A stretch of DNA of 64,000 bases from Bacteroidales bacterium (lineage in GTDB: Bacteria; Bacteroidota; Bacteroidia; Bacteroidales; UBA932), in assembly GCA_017615065.1 (NCBI GenBank), contig JAGAAY010000020.1, forward strand, positions 4,672 through 68,671. The letters run 5' to 3'. The stretch's first letter is position 1, and each line of letters begins with the position of its first letter. This document shows positions 29,140 to 39,544 of the stretch, one piece after another. The position numbers and the translations under genes were made by a program. The notes under the pieces were generated by a model. The model made no database searches, was not told where the DNA came from, and saw nothing but the letters and a program-made list of their open reading frames with translations.

Positions 29140-31746
29140 ATGAAAGCGCAAGAAATCAGACAGAAATTCCTGGACTTTTTCGCATCCAAGGGTCACACGC
29201 TGGTGCCGTCGGCCCCCATGGTGATAAAGAACGACCCTACGCTCATGTTTACCAATGCGGGAATGAACCAGTTCAAAGATATATTCCTGGGCAACAGCGC
29301 CCCCAAATTCCCCCGCGCCGCGGATTCGCAGAAATGCCTGCGCGTGAGCGGCAAGCACAACGACCTGGAGGCGGTGGGCCACGACGGCCGTCACCACACC
29401 ATGTTCGAGATGCTCGGCAACTGGAGCTTCGGCGACTATTTCAAGGAAGAGGCCATCGACTGGGCCTGGGAGCTGCTCACGGAAGTTTACAAGATCGACA
29501 GGACCAAGCTTTATGCAACCGTGTTCGAGGGCTGCCCGGAAGAGGGTACGGAACTGGATACGGAGGCGCAGAAGGCATGGCTCAGGCATCTTCCCGCCGA
29601 CCATGTGCTCACCGGAAACAAGCACGACAATTTCTGGGAAATGGGCGATACGGGCCCCTGCGGCCCCTGCAGCGAGATCCACATCGACCTTCGCAGCGAT
29701 GAGGAAATTGCCAGGGTTCCCGGCCGCGATCTGGTGAATACCGACAACGACGAGGTTATCGAAATCTGGAACCTGGTGTTCATGCAGTACAACCGCAAGG
29801 CGGACGGCCATCTGGAGCCGCTTCCGGCCAAGTGCATCGACACTGGAATGGGCTTCGAGCGCCTGTGCATGATACTTCAGGGCAAGGCTTCCAACTACGA
29901 GACGGATGTGTTCTCCGGCCTCATCGGCAAGTTGGAGGAGCTCTCCGGACATAAATATAAGGAAAATGACAAGGTCGAGGTTGCAATGAGGGTGTGTGCC
30001 GACCATATCCGCGCCATCGCATTCTCCATTGCCGACGGCCAGTTGCCTTCCAACGTGAAGGCCGGCTATGTGATCCGACGCATCCTTCGCCGTGCTGTGC
30101 GTTACGGCTATACATTCCTTGGCTTCACGGAGCCTTTCCTCTGCCGTCTGGTGGAGCGTCTGGTTGCCGATATGGGTGATGCCTATCCGGAGATCAAGGC
30201 CCAGCAGAAGCTCATCGAGAATGTGATAAGGGAGGAGGAAAACGCCTTCCTGCGCACTCTGGACAAGGGTATCCGTATGCTGGAGGACAATATGGCAAAG
30301 AACGCCGCCACAAAGGTGGTTTCCGGCGTGGACGCTTTTGTCCTTTACGACACTTACGGCTTCCCGGTGGACCTTACGGAGCTCATTGCTACGGAAAAGG
30401 GCTATACCGTGGATCTGGAAGGATTCAAGGTGGAGCTTGAGAAGCAGAAGGAGCGCGCCCGTAATGCCACGGCAAATGAGTTCGGCGACTGGCAGACCTT
30501 TGTGGACGGAGAGGAAGTGGTGTTCGAGGGCTATGACACGATGGAGGTTGAAGACGCGGTTCTTCTGCGCCAGCGTGTTGTGAAGCAGAAGAACAAGGAG
30601 TACTTCCAGCTGGTATTCGACCGCACTCCGTTCTATGCGGAGATGGGCGGCCAGGTGGGCGACACCGGCTGGATAGAGGCCGATGGAGAAAGAATCGCCA
30701 TCCTCAATACTGTAAAGGAGAACAACCTGACGATTCATCTGGCGGAGAGGTTCCCTTCTTCGTCCGATGTGCGTTTCAAGTTGACGGTGGATGCTGCGCG
30801 CAGGCGTAAGATCCAGGCCAACCATACCGCTACCCACCTGCTTGACCATGCGCTGCGCGAGGTGCTTGGCACCCACGTGGAGCAGAAGGGCTCGTACGTG
30901 TGCGCGGATTATTTAAGGTTCGACTTCTCCCATTTCCAGAAGGTTACCGATGAGGAGCTGCTTAAGGTGGAGCGTCTGGTGAATGCGGCAATCCGCGGGA
31001 ATGAGAAGCGCGTTGTCGTGGAAACCGATATGGCTCACGCTAAGGAGATGGGCGCCATCGCCCTGTTCGGCGAGAAATACGGCGAGAAGGTGCGTGTGGT
31101 GAAGTTCGGCCCGGCCGTGGAGCTCTGCGGCGGAACGCATGCGGAGGCCACGGGCAACATCGGCATGCTTAAGATTGTTTCCGAAAGTGCAATTGCCGCC
31201 GGTGTACGCAGGATTGAAGCTATTACCGGTGAGGCTGCGGAGGAGTATATCCATGGCGAGGAGGATGTTCTGAAGACTGCACGCAGTTTCTTCAACAATG
31301 TCCCGGATCTTGCGGGAGCGATTAAGAAACTTGTCGATGAGAATGCGGAGGCACGGAAGGCTTTGGAGGCAGCTGCTGCGGAGAAAGCGTCGCAGCTGGC
31401 TTCCAGGTTGGCTGCCGAGGCTGCGGAGATCGGCGGTGTAAAGGTCGTGCGTTTTGAATCGTCCGTTGAGCCGGCCATGGCAAGGAATATCGCCCTCACG
31501 CTGCAGAAGAATAGCGGTATGGCTATGTGCGGCGCTTTTGAATATGAAGGGAAGCCCAATCTGGTGCTCATGTATTCTGCCGACCTTGTGGCCGCAGGAA
31601 AGAATGCGGGTAAGGATATCCGCGAGGCGGCGGCCCTCATTCAGGGCGGCGGTGGCGGGCAGCCCGGCCTGGCAACGGCCGGCGGACGCAACGTGGAAGG
31701 CCTGGCATCGGCACTTGATAAACTTGTAGAACTGGCTACTGCCTGA
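29140..31746 (+). CDS. alaS: Alanine-tRNA ligase
   Basis: [48 protein letters not shown]-terminal GGGGG. Confidence 0.98.
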   Translation: MKAQEIRQKFLDFFASKGHTLVPSAPMVIKNDPTLMFTNAGMNQFKDIFLGNSAPKFPRAADSQKCLRVSGKHNDLEAVGHDGRHHTMFEMLGNWSFGDYFKEEAIDWAWELLTEVYKIDRTKLYATVFEGCPEEGTELDTEAQKAWLRHLPADHVLTGNKHDNFWEMGDTGPCGPCSEIHIDLRSDEEIARVPGRDLVNTDNDEVIEIWNLVFMQYNRKADGHLEPLPAKCIDTGMGFERLCMILQGKASNYETDVFSGLIGKLEELSGHKYKENDKVEVAMRVCADHIRAIAFSIADGQLPSNVKAGYVIRRILRRAVRYGYTFLGFTEPFLCRLVERLVADMGDAYPEIKAQQKLIENVIREEENAFLRTLDKGIRMLEDNMAKNAATKVVSGVDAFVLYDTYGFPVDLTELIATEKGYTVDLEGFKVELEKQKERARNATANEFGDWQTFVDGEEVVFEGYDTMEVEDAVLLRQRVVKQKNKEYFQLVFDRTPFYAEMGGQVGDTGWIEADGERIAILNTVKENNLTIHLAERFPSSSDVRFKLTVDAARRRKIQANHTATHLLDHALREVLGTHVEQKGSYVCADYLRFDFSHFQKVTDEELLKVERLVNAAIRGNEKRVVVETDMAHAKEMGAIALFGEKYGEKVRVVKFGPAVELCGGTHAEATGNIGMLKIVSESAIAAGVRRIEAITGEAAEEYIHGEEDVLKTARSFFNNVPDLAGAIKKLVDENAEARKALEAAAAEKASQLASRLAAEAAEIGGVKVVRFESSVEPAMARNIALTLQKNSGMAMCGAFEYEGKPNLVLMYSADLVAAGKNAGKDIREAAALIQGGGGGQPGLATAGGRNVEGLASALDKLVELATA

Positions 31747-34184
31747 TGAAGAGGCTCGACAGGTTCATACTGAAGTCGTTTATAGGACCGTTCTTCGCGA
31801 TCCTGGCCATTGTCATCTTCATCCTGGTGATACAGTTCCTTTGGCTGTATATCGACGAGCTCGTGGGCAAGGGACTGGAGTTCAAGGTTATCCTGGAGTT
31901 CCTCATGTGGGGAAGCTGTCAGGTGCTGCCGCTGTCCATCCCTCTTGCCACCCTTCTGGCTTCGATGATGACCCTGGGCCAGATGGGCGAGCATTTTGAA
32001 CTTACGGCCATAAAGGCGTCGGGCATTTCACTGACGCGGGTTCTGATTCCGCTCATGATCGTGAGTGTGTTCATCAGCATCGGCGCATTCTTCATCGGCG
32101 ACCGCCTGGTGCCTTATTCTATCAACCAGATCTATACGATGCGGTCGGACCTGAGCCGCACCAAGTCGGAAATCAAGATTCCCATCGGCTCGTTCTACGA
32201 CGGCATCGACGGGTATATCCTGCGGATCGAGGACAGGGACAATTCCACCGGAATGATGTACGACGTAATGGTGTACGACCATTCCAACAACAAGGGAAAT
32301 ACCTCCCTGACAGTGGCCGACAGCGGTATCATGAAGCTTTCAAAGGCCAAGGATTACCTTACATTCCTGCTTTACGACGGCATCAGCTACCAGGAAACCA
32401 ATACCAAGAAGTATCGCGACACTACGCTGGCGCTGCGGAGGATCGGCTTCAATAAGGAGGAGATGATTATTCCGCTGGAGAATTATTCTTTCCAGCACTC
32501 GGATTCGGCCCGCTATGGCGACCAGGTCCGTTCCATGTCCCTGAAACAGCTTACTGTGGGGCATGATTCGCTTTCGCGTATGAATGACGAGGGGCTGGCT
32601 AAGCATCTGGCGGAGTTTGACAGGACTATCAATTTGCGTTACCGTTCCCAGCTGGATACGTCTTGGCGCGAAAAGGGGAAGACACTGCTGGTGCTGGAGG
32701 ATTACTGGGACGGGTGGAAGGACCTGGAGGCGGAAAGATATGCGCTGGAGAATGCTGCCAATCTGGCCAGCCAGGCGCAGTCGTCGCTTGAAAGCCAGGG
32801 CTATGAGGCTTACGAGTACACCAAGATACTGCGCCTTACCGATGTGGAGATTTGGAGAAAGTACGCGCAGGCACTGGCCTGTCTGCTGCTGTTCTTTATC
32901 GGTGCGCCTCTTGGGGCGCTGATCCGGAAGGGCGGCCTGGGTACGCCGGCGATTATCTCCGTGCTGTTCTTCGTGCTGTACTGGGTGGTGGATATCAGCG
33001 GTGAAAAACTGGCCAAGGACGGCGCTGCAAGCGCGTTCGTGGGCAAGTTCATATCGGCCTTTGTGCTGGCGCCCATAGGGGCGTTCCTCACCACCAAGGC
33101 CATTCAGGATTCTTCTATTTTCAATGCCGATCTGATTAAGTCGGCTTTCCGCAAGGTGAAGAGCCGTATTGCGGCTTTCTTCCGCAAGCCACGTCTGGTG
33201 TTCATGGGAACACCGGAGTTTGCCGTGGCTTCGCTGGATGCCCTGGTGAAGGCCGGGTATAAGGTGGTGGGCGTTGTTACCGTTGAGGACAAGCCGTCCG
33301 GGCGCGGGCTCAAGGTGAGTGAGAGTGCGGTGAAGAAATATGCAGTGGAGCACGGGCTGCCGCTGCTGCAGCCTGCCAAGCTGAAGGATCCTTTGTTCCT
33401 GGAGGCGCTGGCTGCATGGAAGGCGGATCTGTTCGTTGTGGTCGGGTTCCGGATGCTGCCGGAGCAGGTGTGGACCATGCCTAAGCTGGGTACGTTCAAC
33501 CTGCATGCTGCGCTTCTGCCTCAGTACCGCGGTGCGGCCCCTATCAACTGGGCTGTGATTAACGGTGAACTGCGCACGGGTGTTACCACCTTTATGATAG
33601 ACAAGAAGATCGACACCGGCGGAATCCTGTTCCGTGAGAGCTGCCTTATCGGCCCGGCGGAAACGGCAGGAGACGTTCACGACAAGCTTATGGCCATGGG
33701 TGCCACGCTGGTTGTGGATACGGTGGAGGCAATCCTGCAGAAGAATGTGGAAACCCGCGTGCAGCGCAGCTTCATCCAGGGCTCGGAGGTTTTGCGTCCG
33801 GCGCCGAAGCTCACCCGCGAGCTGCAGCACATCGACTGGAACGCTCCCACGCGCGAGGTGTACAACCTCATCCGCGGCCTGAGCCCGTTCCCGTGTGCGT
33901 TTACGGAGCTGGTGCGCGATGGCGAGGCAACGCAACTGAAGATCTTCTTCGGCGAGCAGCGCTACGACCTTCACGCCGCTCCCGGTACCGTTTTGTGTGA
34001 CGGCTCTTATATCGCCATCGCCACTGCTGACGGTGCGATTGAGCTTAAGGACGTGCAGCTTGCCGGCAAGAAGCGGATGGATGCCGCGGCGTTCCTGAAG
34101 GGCTTCCGCGATCCCTGCAGTTATACGGCATCTTCCGGCACTTCGCATGAGGAAATCCTCAAGTATACCCCTGTTGAGGAATGA
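31746..34184 (+). CDS. fmt: LptF/LptG permease fused in frame to methionyl-tRNA formyltransferase
   Basis: About 480 N-terminal aa are LptF/G-like (QFLWLYIDELVGKGL, ELTAIKASGISL, IGAPLGALIRKGG). The C-terminus is Fmt (VFMGTPEFA, NLHAALLPQYRGAAPINWA, APKL, IRGLSP). Confidence 0.85.
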   Translation: MKRLDRFILKSFIGPFFAILAIVIFILVIQFLWLYIDELVGKGLEFKVILEFLMWGSCQVLPLSIPLATLLASMMTLGQMGEHFELTAIKASGISLTRVLIPLMIVSVFISIGAFFIGDRLVPYSINQIYTMRSDLSRTKSEIKIPIGSFYDGIDGYILRIEDRDNSTGMMYDVMVYDHSNNKGNTSLTVADSGIMKLSKAKDYLTFLLYDGISYQETNTKKYRDTTLALRRIGFNKEEMIIPLENYSFQHSDSARYGDQVRSMSLKQLTVGHDSLSRMNDEGLAKHLAEFDRTINLRYRSQLDTSWREKGKTLLVLEDYWDGWKDLEAERYALENAANLASQAQSSLESQGYEAYEYTKILRLTDVEIWRKYAQALACLLLFFIGAPLGALIRKGGLGTPAIISVLFFVLYWVVDISGEKLAKDGAASAFVGKFISAFVLAPIGAFLTTKAIQDSSIFNADLIKSAFRKVKSRIAAFFRKPRLVFMGTPEFAVASLDALVKAGYKVVGVVTVEDKPSGRGLKVSESAVKKYAVEHGLPLLQPAKLKDPLFLEALAAWKADLFVVVGFRMLPEQVWTMPKLGTFNLHAALLPQYRGAAPINWAVINGELRTGVTTFMIDKKIDTGGILFRESCLIGPAETAGDVHDKLMAMGATLVVDTVEAILQKNVETRVQRSFIQGSEVLRPAPKLTRELQHIDWNAPTREVYNLIRGLSPFPCAFTELVRDGEATQLKIFFGEQRYDLHAAPGTVLCDGSYIAIATADGAIELKDVQLAGKKRMDAAAFLKGFRDPCSYTASSGTSHEEILKYTPVEE

Positions 34185-34822
34185 AATCGGCAGTAATCCT
34201 TTGCGACGGGGCTTTCCCAACCGCTGAATATCCGCTGTACCTTCTTGGCTCGGCCGATGTTCTGGTGTGCTGCGACGGTGCCTTCGGACGGTATCTGGAT
34301 GCTGGTTTTACGCGTTTGCCTGACGCCGTGGTGGGGGATATGGACTCCGTGGAGCCCTCGCTTCGTGAGCAGTATCCTTCGCTGTTTTTCCCGGAAAGCG
34401 AACAGGATTTCAACGACATGACCAAGGCCATGCGCTTTGTCCTTGGGCACTATCCTTCTGTGGATTCCATTTGTATCCTGGGCGCCACCGGCCTTCGGGA
34501 AGATCACACCGTGGGTAACCTGGGGCTCCTGATGGAGTACAACCGCATGTTCGACCTTTCCGGGGTTCGCGTGGAAATGGTAAGCGACTACGGCACCGCG
34601 TTCTCCGTGTGTGATACGTGTGAGTTGCACGTTGGAGCCGGGCGTCGGTTCTCGCTCTTCAGCGCCGACAATTCCTTGCGCATCTGCTCCGAAGGCCTCC
34701 ACTGGCCCACCGACAACGTCGTCTTCGACGCCTGGTGGAAAGCCACCCTCAACCGCGCCGACCAGGACGTGGTGCGCCTCAAGTTCTCCCACCCCTCCCT
34801 TGCGCTCGTGATTCTGGACTAG
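34181..34822 (+). CDS. thiN: Thiamine diphosphokinase
   Basis: CCDGA, VVGDMDS, EQDFNDMTKA, GATGLREDHT. Confidence 0.9.
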   Translation: MKSAVILCDGAFPTAEYPLYLLGSADVLVCCDGAFGRYLDAGFTRLPDAVVGDMDSVEPSLREQYPSLFFPESEQDFNDMTKAMRFVLGHYPSVDSICILGATGLREDHTVGNLGLLMEYNRMFDLSGVRVEMVSDYGTAFSVCDTCELHVGAGRRFSLFSADNSLRICSEGLHWPTDNVVFDAWWKATLNRADQDVVRLKFSHPSLALVILD

Positions 34823-34827
34823 TTTTC

Positions 34828-34933
34828 CTGGCGGATAACGTGTTGTGATGCAATGTTTTACGTGTTTCCCGGTGCAAAAATATTTGCACCGGGAAACAAG
34901 GAACGCTCTGATTTACAGGCACTTGGGCGCCAG
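34828..34933. repeat. 106-bp composite palindromic element, copy 3
   Basis: ctggcggataa...tgtttcccggtgcaaa-aata-tttgcaccgggaaaca...ttgggcgccag. Confidence 0.95.
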
Positions 34934-34939
34934 AAGTGT

Positions 34940-35431
34940 CTAGAAGGCGTAGAGGACGATGTCGTACATCATGATGGCGGAGGCGATGAGCTTCATGCCC
35001 ATGCCGCACATGAAGCCGAGGAAGGCGCCCAGGGCGGATTTTGCCGATGAGCCGGCGTCTTTCTGGGCGAAGATGAATTCTGCGATGAAGGCGCCGAGGA
35101 GCGCGCCAAGGATCATGCCGATGGGGGTGAAGATCATGCCGCCGATGAGGCCGATGGCGGCGCCGATGCCGCCGTACTTGCTGCCGCCGGTGACTTTGGT
35201 GAAATACGAGGGGACGATGTAGTCCAGAATTGTGATTATCACGGTTATGGCAAGCCAGACGAGCAGAAGTGTCAGCGTCATGGGATGCCCGGCGTGAGTG
35301 CCGCCGCCCCAGATATAGAGGGCGAGCATGCCGAACCAGCTCACAGGCGGGCCTGGCAGACCGGGGACGATACTGCCGATGATTCCTACGATGCCAAGCA
35401 CTATGGCGATGATTGCAACTACTGTTTCCAT
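34940..35431 (-). CDS. DUF456 family membrane protein
   Basis: GSIVPGLPGP, TKVTGGSKYG, GAFIAE. Confidence 0.88.
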   Translation of the reverse strand: METVVAIIAIVLGIVGIIGSIVPGLPGPPVSWFGMLALYIWGGGTHAGHPMTLTLLLVWLAITVIITILDYIVPSYFTKVTGGSKYGGIGAAIGLIGGMIFTPIGMILGALLGAFIAEFIFAQKDAGSSAKSALGAFLGFMCGMGMKLIASAIMMYDIVLYAF

Positions 35432-35501
35432 CGGCACAAAAATAATCCTTTTTGCTGATATCGAAAAATTTTGTGTAACTTTGTGCCCCCGTTTAAACGA
35501 C

Positions 35502-35575
35502 GGTCCCGTAGCTCAGCTGGATAGAGCAACAGCCTTCTAAGCTGTGGGTCTTGGGTTCGAGTCCCAACGGGATCA
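35502..35575 (+). tRNA. tRNA-Arg (TCT)
   Basis: Acceptor GGTCCCG/CGGGATC, D-arm GCTCAGCTGGATAGAGC, anticodon arm ACAGC-CTTCTAA-GCTGT, T-loop GTTCGAGTCC. No encoded CCA. TAACTTTG promoter at 35476. Confidence 0.95.
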
Positions 35576-35580
35576 CGCCG

Positions 35581-35607
35581 ACGCCCCGAAAAGCCGGGGC
35601 GTTTTTT
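35581..35607 (+). terminator. Intrinsic terminator after the tRNA
   Basis: acgccccg-aaaagc-cggggcgt followed by a T run. Confidence 0.85.
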
Positions 35608-35640
35608 CGTATCCAAAAATTCCGTATCTTTGGGGTACCT

Positions 35641-36960
35641 ATGGAAATACTTGTTATCAACGGAAGTCCCAAGGGATCGTACTCCATTACTCTTCACACC
35701 TGCCTGTATCTGGAAAAGAAGTTTCCCCAGCACCGTTTTTCGTATCTGGAGGCGGGGCGTAAGATACGCTCGTTCGAAAAGGATTTCACCCCTGCGCTGG
35801 AAGCGCTGCGCAAAGCGGAACTCATCGTGTTCTGCTATCCGGTATACACCTTCCTGGTGCCGTACCAGCTCCACCGCTTCATCGAGCTGATGAAAGCCTC
35901 CGGGGAGGATTTCTCCGGCAAGTGCGCCACGCAGGTGAGCACGTCCAAGCATTTCTACGACATCACCGCCCATCGCTTCATCAAGGACAACTGTGCCGAT
36001 ATGGGCCTGCGCTATTTCGATGGTCTGAGTGCCGATATGGACGATATCCTGAAGCCCCTCGGCCAGAAACAGGCGAAGGACTGGCTGGAGTTTGTGATGT
36101 GGCAATTGGATTTCTCGACTTCGCTCGAAATGACAACCCTGTCATCCCGACCAAGCGAAGCGCGCGGAGAGATCTCTTCCGCGAAGCGCGCCGTCATCGT
36201 GGCCGACCTGGCCCCGGAGGACACCCGCCTCAAGGCCATGATCGACCGGTTTCTGGAAGTGTTCCCGTATGAATGCGATGTGGTGAATATCCGCGAATTC
36301 CCGTTCCAGGGCGGCTGCATCAGCTGTTTCAGCTGTGCCGGAGACGGGACATGCGCTTATAAGGACGGGTTCCCGGAGCTGCTTCGCGAGAACATTCATC
36401 GGCACGATGCAATCATATATGCTTTCCGCATCCAGGATCATTCCATGGGCTCGCGGTTCAAGATGTACGACGACCGCCAGTTCTGCAACGGGCATCGAAC
36501 CGTGACCATGGGAACGCCGTTCGGCTATATCGTGGAAGGAGAGTACTCCAAGGAGGAGAATCTGCGCCTGCTGCTGGAGGCACGGGCCCAGGTGGGCGGG
36601 AACTTCCTGGCCGGAGTGGCAAGCGACGAGGGGGATGCCGATGGCGCCATCGGCAAGCTTTCAAACACCCTCTGCTATGCCCTGGAGCATGAATACTGCC
36701 CTCCGCAGAACTTTCTCGGCATCGGCGGAATGAAGATTTTCCGCGACCTTATATATATGATGCGCGGGCTCATGAGGGCCGATCACAAGTTCTTCAAGTC
36801 CCACGGGCAATACGATTTTCCGCAGAAGAAGTGGAGGACTTCCATGTCGATGTACCTTGTGGGAGGCCTTATGCGAAACAAGAAGCTCAAGGCTAAAATG
36901 GGAGGCAAGATGAACGAGGGGATGATCGCTCCTTACAAGAAAATGCTGGACAAGGCATAA
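35641..36960 (+). CDS. Two-domain flavodoxin-fold NAD(P)H-dependent oxidoreductase
   Basis: MEILVINGSPKG, YPVY; second domain with GCISCFSC...C. Confidence 0.85.
   Translation: MEILVINGSPKGSYSITLHTCLYLEKKFPQHRFSYLEAGRKIRSFEKDFTPALEALRKAELIVFCYPVYTFLVPYQLHRFIELMKASGEDFSGKCATQVSTSKHFYDITAHRFIKDNCADMGLRYFDGLSADMDDILKPLGQKQAKDWLEFVMWQLDFSTSLEMTTLSSRPSEARGEISSAKRAVIVADLAPEDTRLKAMIDRFLEVFPYECDVVNIREFPFQGGCISCFSCAGDGTCAYKDGFPELLRENIHRHDAIIYAFRIQDHSMGSRFKMYDDRQFCNGHRTVTMGTPFGYIVEGEYSKEENLRLLLEARAQVGGNFLAGVASDEGDADGAIGKLSNTLCYALEHEYCPPQNFLGIGGMKIFRDLIYMMRGLMRADHKFFKSHGQYDFPQKKWRTSMSMYLVGGLMRNKKLKAKMGGKMNEGMIAPYKKMLDKA
36108..36176. repeat. REP/RPE-like palindromic doublet in frame within the CDS
   Basis: ggatttctcgacttcgctcgaaatgaca-accc-tgtcatcccgaccaagcgaagcgcgcggagagatct: two back-to-back TGTCAT...ATC units. 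Confidence 0.65.
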
Positions 36961-37011
36961 TTTGCTTTTTGTCCCGAAATACAGTATTTTTATAGTCAAA
37001 ATCAGATAATT

Positions 37012-37536
37012 ATGAGTAATCCTGAAAAATCCGGAGACGTCGTGACCATTTCACGCGGTGCTCTCGTTGGAATCATCGTCGGCGCAGTATTCGTCGTGGG
37101 CCTGCTGGTGGGCATTTTGCTGCCTAAGCTTATGGATAACGGCAGTCAGCAGCAGCCGGTTCAGTCGGCACCAATCGTCGTGACTGCTCCCGCTCCCCAG
37201 GCGGCGCCGTCAACATCGGCAGGCAGTCCTTATATCGACTACGGAGATATGCCCACCCAGAATATGGGCCGCTGGCCGGAGACGTCGTTCTACCTGCTCA
37301 GCCAGAGCGACCTTATCGGCCTGAATCTTATGGAACTTGAGCTTATGAGGAACGAGATTTACGCGCGTCACGGCTATATTTTCAAGCTGGACAGGCTGCG
37401 CAGGCATTTCGCGAATGAGCCCTGGTACAGGGGATATACAACTGATGCCAAGGTTGTAGCCGCCGACTTCAACGATATAGAGAAGAAGAACATCCAGATT
37501 ATCAAGGATTATGAGGATTTTCTTAACGGCAAGTAG
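37012..37536 (+). CDS. YARHG-domain membrane protein
   Basis: N-terminal TM; LMRNEIYARHGYIF, PWY, NDIEKKNI. Confidence 0.9.
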   Translation: MSNPEKSGDVVTISRGALVGIIVGAVFVVGLLVGILLPKLMDNGSQQQPVQSAPIVVTAPAPQAAPSTSAGSPYIDYGDMPTQNMGRWPETSFYLLSQSDLIGLNLMELELMRNEIYARHGYIFKLDRLRRHFANEPWYRGYTTDAKVVAADFNDIEKKNIQIIKDYEDFLNGK

Positions 37537-38329
37537 CGTCCTGGTTGCACTGCTGCTCCTTCCGGCCTGCAGGTTCGGGAGGGCATCGGCAAATACATCG
37601 GCCCCGGAGCCAGTTGTCGAAGAGGCTCCCTCCATTCCCCCGGGGGCGATGGCGCTGATCCGGGCGTATCCGGAGTTCATCGACAGTTATTCCGACAACC
37701 AGCTTCTTTTCCGCGACGGCAGTTCGATGGTGTACGACGACGGCGTGGCCAAGAGCTATCTGGAAAGGCTGGACGACGCGGATCCGGAGGATATGTTTGC
37801 CGATGTGTACTATACCGGCCCTGTACGCGTGCCGGAGTACTGTTACGATCCCGGCCGGGGTCGATGCGAGGCTCTTTTCAAGAAGATGTACGGTTCCAGC
37901 GCCGCCGAGGTGCGAAAGCATCTGGTGGATGTGCAGTGGTTCGGGCAGAAGATACCCTTCACTTCCGTTAACGGTGCCGCGGACAGCCTTCGGGCGGTTG
38001 CCGCCGATATCATGGCGAACCATCCTGAGATGAAGAAGTATTTTGACAAGTCCTCCTCGTTTTACTGGCGTGCCGTGCGCGGCGCCCAGAGGCTCAGTGC
38101 CCACAGTTACGGAATGACCGTGGATATCTGCACGGAGTATTCCAATTACTGGCGCTGGAGCAATCCGGGTAAGGAGGAACTTGACGAACTGGAGTTTAAA
38201 AACAGAATCCCGGACGAGGTGATCATGTGTTTCGAGCGCCATGGCTTTATCGCAGGCGCAAAGTGGTACCACTTCGATTCCATGCACTTTGAGTTCCGGA
38301 CCGAGTTACTTTATTATGGCAGAGAATAG
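37511..38329 (+). CDS. M15 family peptidase lipoprotein
   Basis: Lipobox LLPAC; SAHSYGMTVD, FERHGF, WYHFDSMHFEFR. Confidence 0.88.
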   Translation: MRIFLTASSVLVALLLLPACRFGRASANTSAPEPVVEEAPSIPPGAMALIRAYPEFIDSYSDNQLLFRDGSSMVYDDGVAKSYLERLDDADPEDMFADVYYTGPVRVPEYCYDPGRGRCEALFKKMYGSSAAEVRKHLVDVQWFGQKIPFTSVNGAADSLRAVAADIMANHPEMKKYFDKSSSFYWRAVRGAQRLSAHSYGMTVDICTEYSNYWRWSNPGKEELDELEFKNRIPDEVIMCFERHGFIAGAKWYHFDSMHFEFRTELLYYGRE

Positions 38330-38891
38330 ACGTTCCCTTTTTGCAGGCCTGCTCATCGGCCTTGGCGCCTGCGGTTTCCTGGCCCTGGGTGGCATTCCCG
38401 GAGCTGTGATTTTTGCTTTTGGCCTGATTGGCGTGGTGCTTTCCGGAGTGCCGCTGTATACGGGACGGGCCGGCGTGATGCCTTTGCGGCAAACCGGCTC
38501 GCTGGTGTTGATCTGGCTGTTTAACGTGCTGGGCTGCGTGCTGCTTGGGCTGCTCATGATGTCCCTGGGCGGGGAGCCTGTTGAGCGGGCTCAGACCGTT
38601 GTTGCCGGGCGTCTTGCGCAGGGCCCCTGGCGCAGTTTCCTGCGCGCCGTGGGCTGCGGCCTCATCATCGATATAGCAGTTTGGATGTACCGCACCACCA
38701 AAAACATCCTTCCCGTATTGTTTGGCGTGCCCCTGTTCATCCTCTGCGGCTTCTACCACTCCATCGCCGATGTGGTGTACCTTGTAGCCGCCTGGAAATG
38801 GGACCCCGCAATCCTCTGGTACTATCCCATCATCGTCCTGGGCAACTACGCCGGCTGCAATATCCGCAGATTGGTTTTGCCGAAAGAATAG
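38316..38891 (+). CDS. Formate/nitrite transporter family protein (short)
   Basis: PLYTGR, FLRAVGCG, FILCGFYHSIAD, GNYAG. Confidence 0.8.
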   Translation: MAENRRSLFAGLLIGLGACGFLALGGIPGAVIFAFGLIGVVLSGVPLYTGRAGVMPLRQTGSLVLIWLFNVLGCVLLGLLMMSLGGEPVERAQTVVAGRLAQGPWRSFLRAVGCGLIIDIAVWMYRTTKNILPVLFGVPLFILCGFYHSIADVVYLVAAWKWDPAILWYYPIIVLGNYAGCNIRRLVLPKE

Positions 38892-38906
38892 CTGCGCTAT
38901 TTTTGC

Positions 38907-39012
38907 CTGGCGGCTAAGTGTCTGTAACTCAATGAGTTCATTGTTTCCCGGTGCAAAATTTTTTGCACCGGGAAACATGTAAAACGCTGTACTTCAATGG
39001 GTTGGCCGCCAG
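38907..39012. repeat. 106-bp composite palindromic element, copy 4
   Basis: ctggcggctaa...tgtttcccggtgcaaa-attt-tttgcaccgggaaaca...ttggccgccag. Confidence 0.95.
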
Positions 39013-39018
39013 AAAGGG

Positions 39019-39474
39019 CTACAGTCCCATGCGGTCCAGTTCGCGGCGGGTGTCTTTTTCCTTGATGGACTGGCGTTTGTCGTATTCGTGCTTGCCTTTG
39101 GCGAGGGCGATAACAAGTTTGGCGTAGCCGTTTTCAGAGACGAAAAGGCGGACGGCGATGATGGTGAGGCCCTTCTTTTTGTCCTCCATGGCCAGGTGGC
39201 GCAGTTCGCGGCGGGTGAGGAGGAGTTTGCGGTCCCTGAGGGGTTCGTGCTGGCCCCAGGTGCCCCAGTGATACAGGGCGATGTTGAGGCCGTGGATGTA
39301 GAGTTCGCCGTTAGCAAAGTAGCACCAGGCATCCTGAAGTGAGGCCTTGCCGGCCCTGATGGACTTGATTTCCGTGCCCACAAGGCAGATGCCTGCGGTA
39401 TAGGTTTCCAGGAACTCGTAGTCGAACGAGGCCCGGCGGTTGGTGATCTGTATTTTACTCTTAGCTTTCGGCAT
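39019..39474 (-). CDS. smpB: SsrA-binding protein
   Basis: NRRASFDY, GTEIKSIR, RKLLL, GKHEYDKR. Confidence 0.97.
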   Translation of the reverse strand: MPKAKSKIQITNRRASFDYEFLETYTAGICLVGTEIKSIRAGKASLQDAWCYFANGELYIHGLNIALYHWGTWGQHEPLRDRKLLLTRRELRHLAMEDKKKGLTIIAVRLFVSENGYAKLVIALAKGKHEYDKRQSIKEKDTRRELDRMGL

Positions 39475-39544
39475 GGGGTGCAAATGTAGTGTTTTTTCGG
39501 AAATTATTTATATATTTGCCTGATTTAACGCTAAAACGACTATT

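Noticed and set aside
29011-34220. Long antisense ORFs 29011-30876 and 32340-34220 (also 6283-7602, 39773-40963, 48325-50157, 52985-54301)
   Set aside because: Antisense shadows of well-supported genes with GC-biased codon usage; no recognisable motifs.
35502-35640. tRNA-Arg as an island integration site
   Set aside because: No integrase and no duplicated tRNA 3' end were seen in the window.
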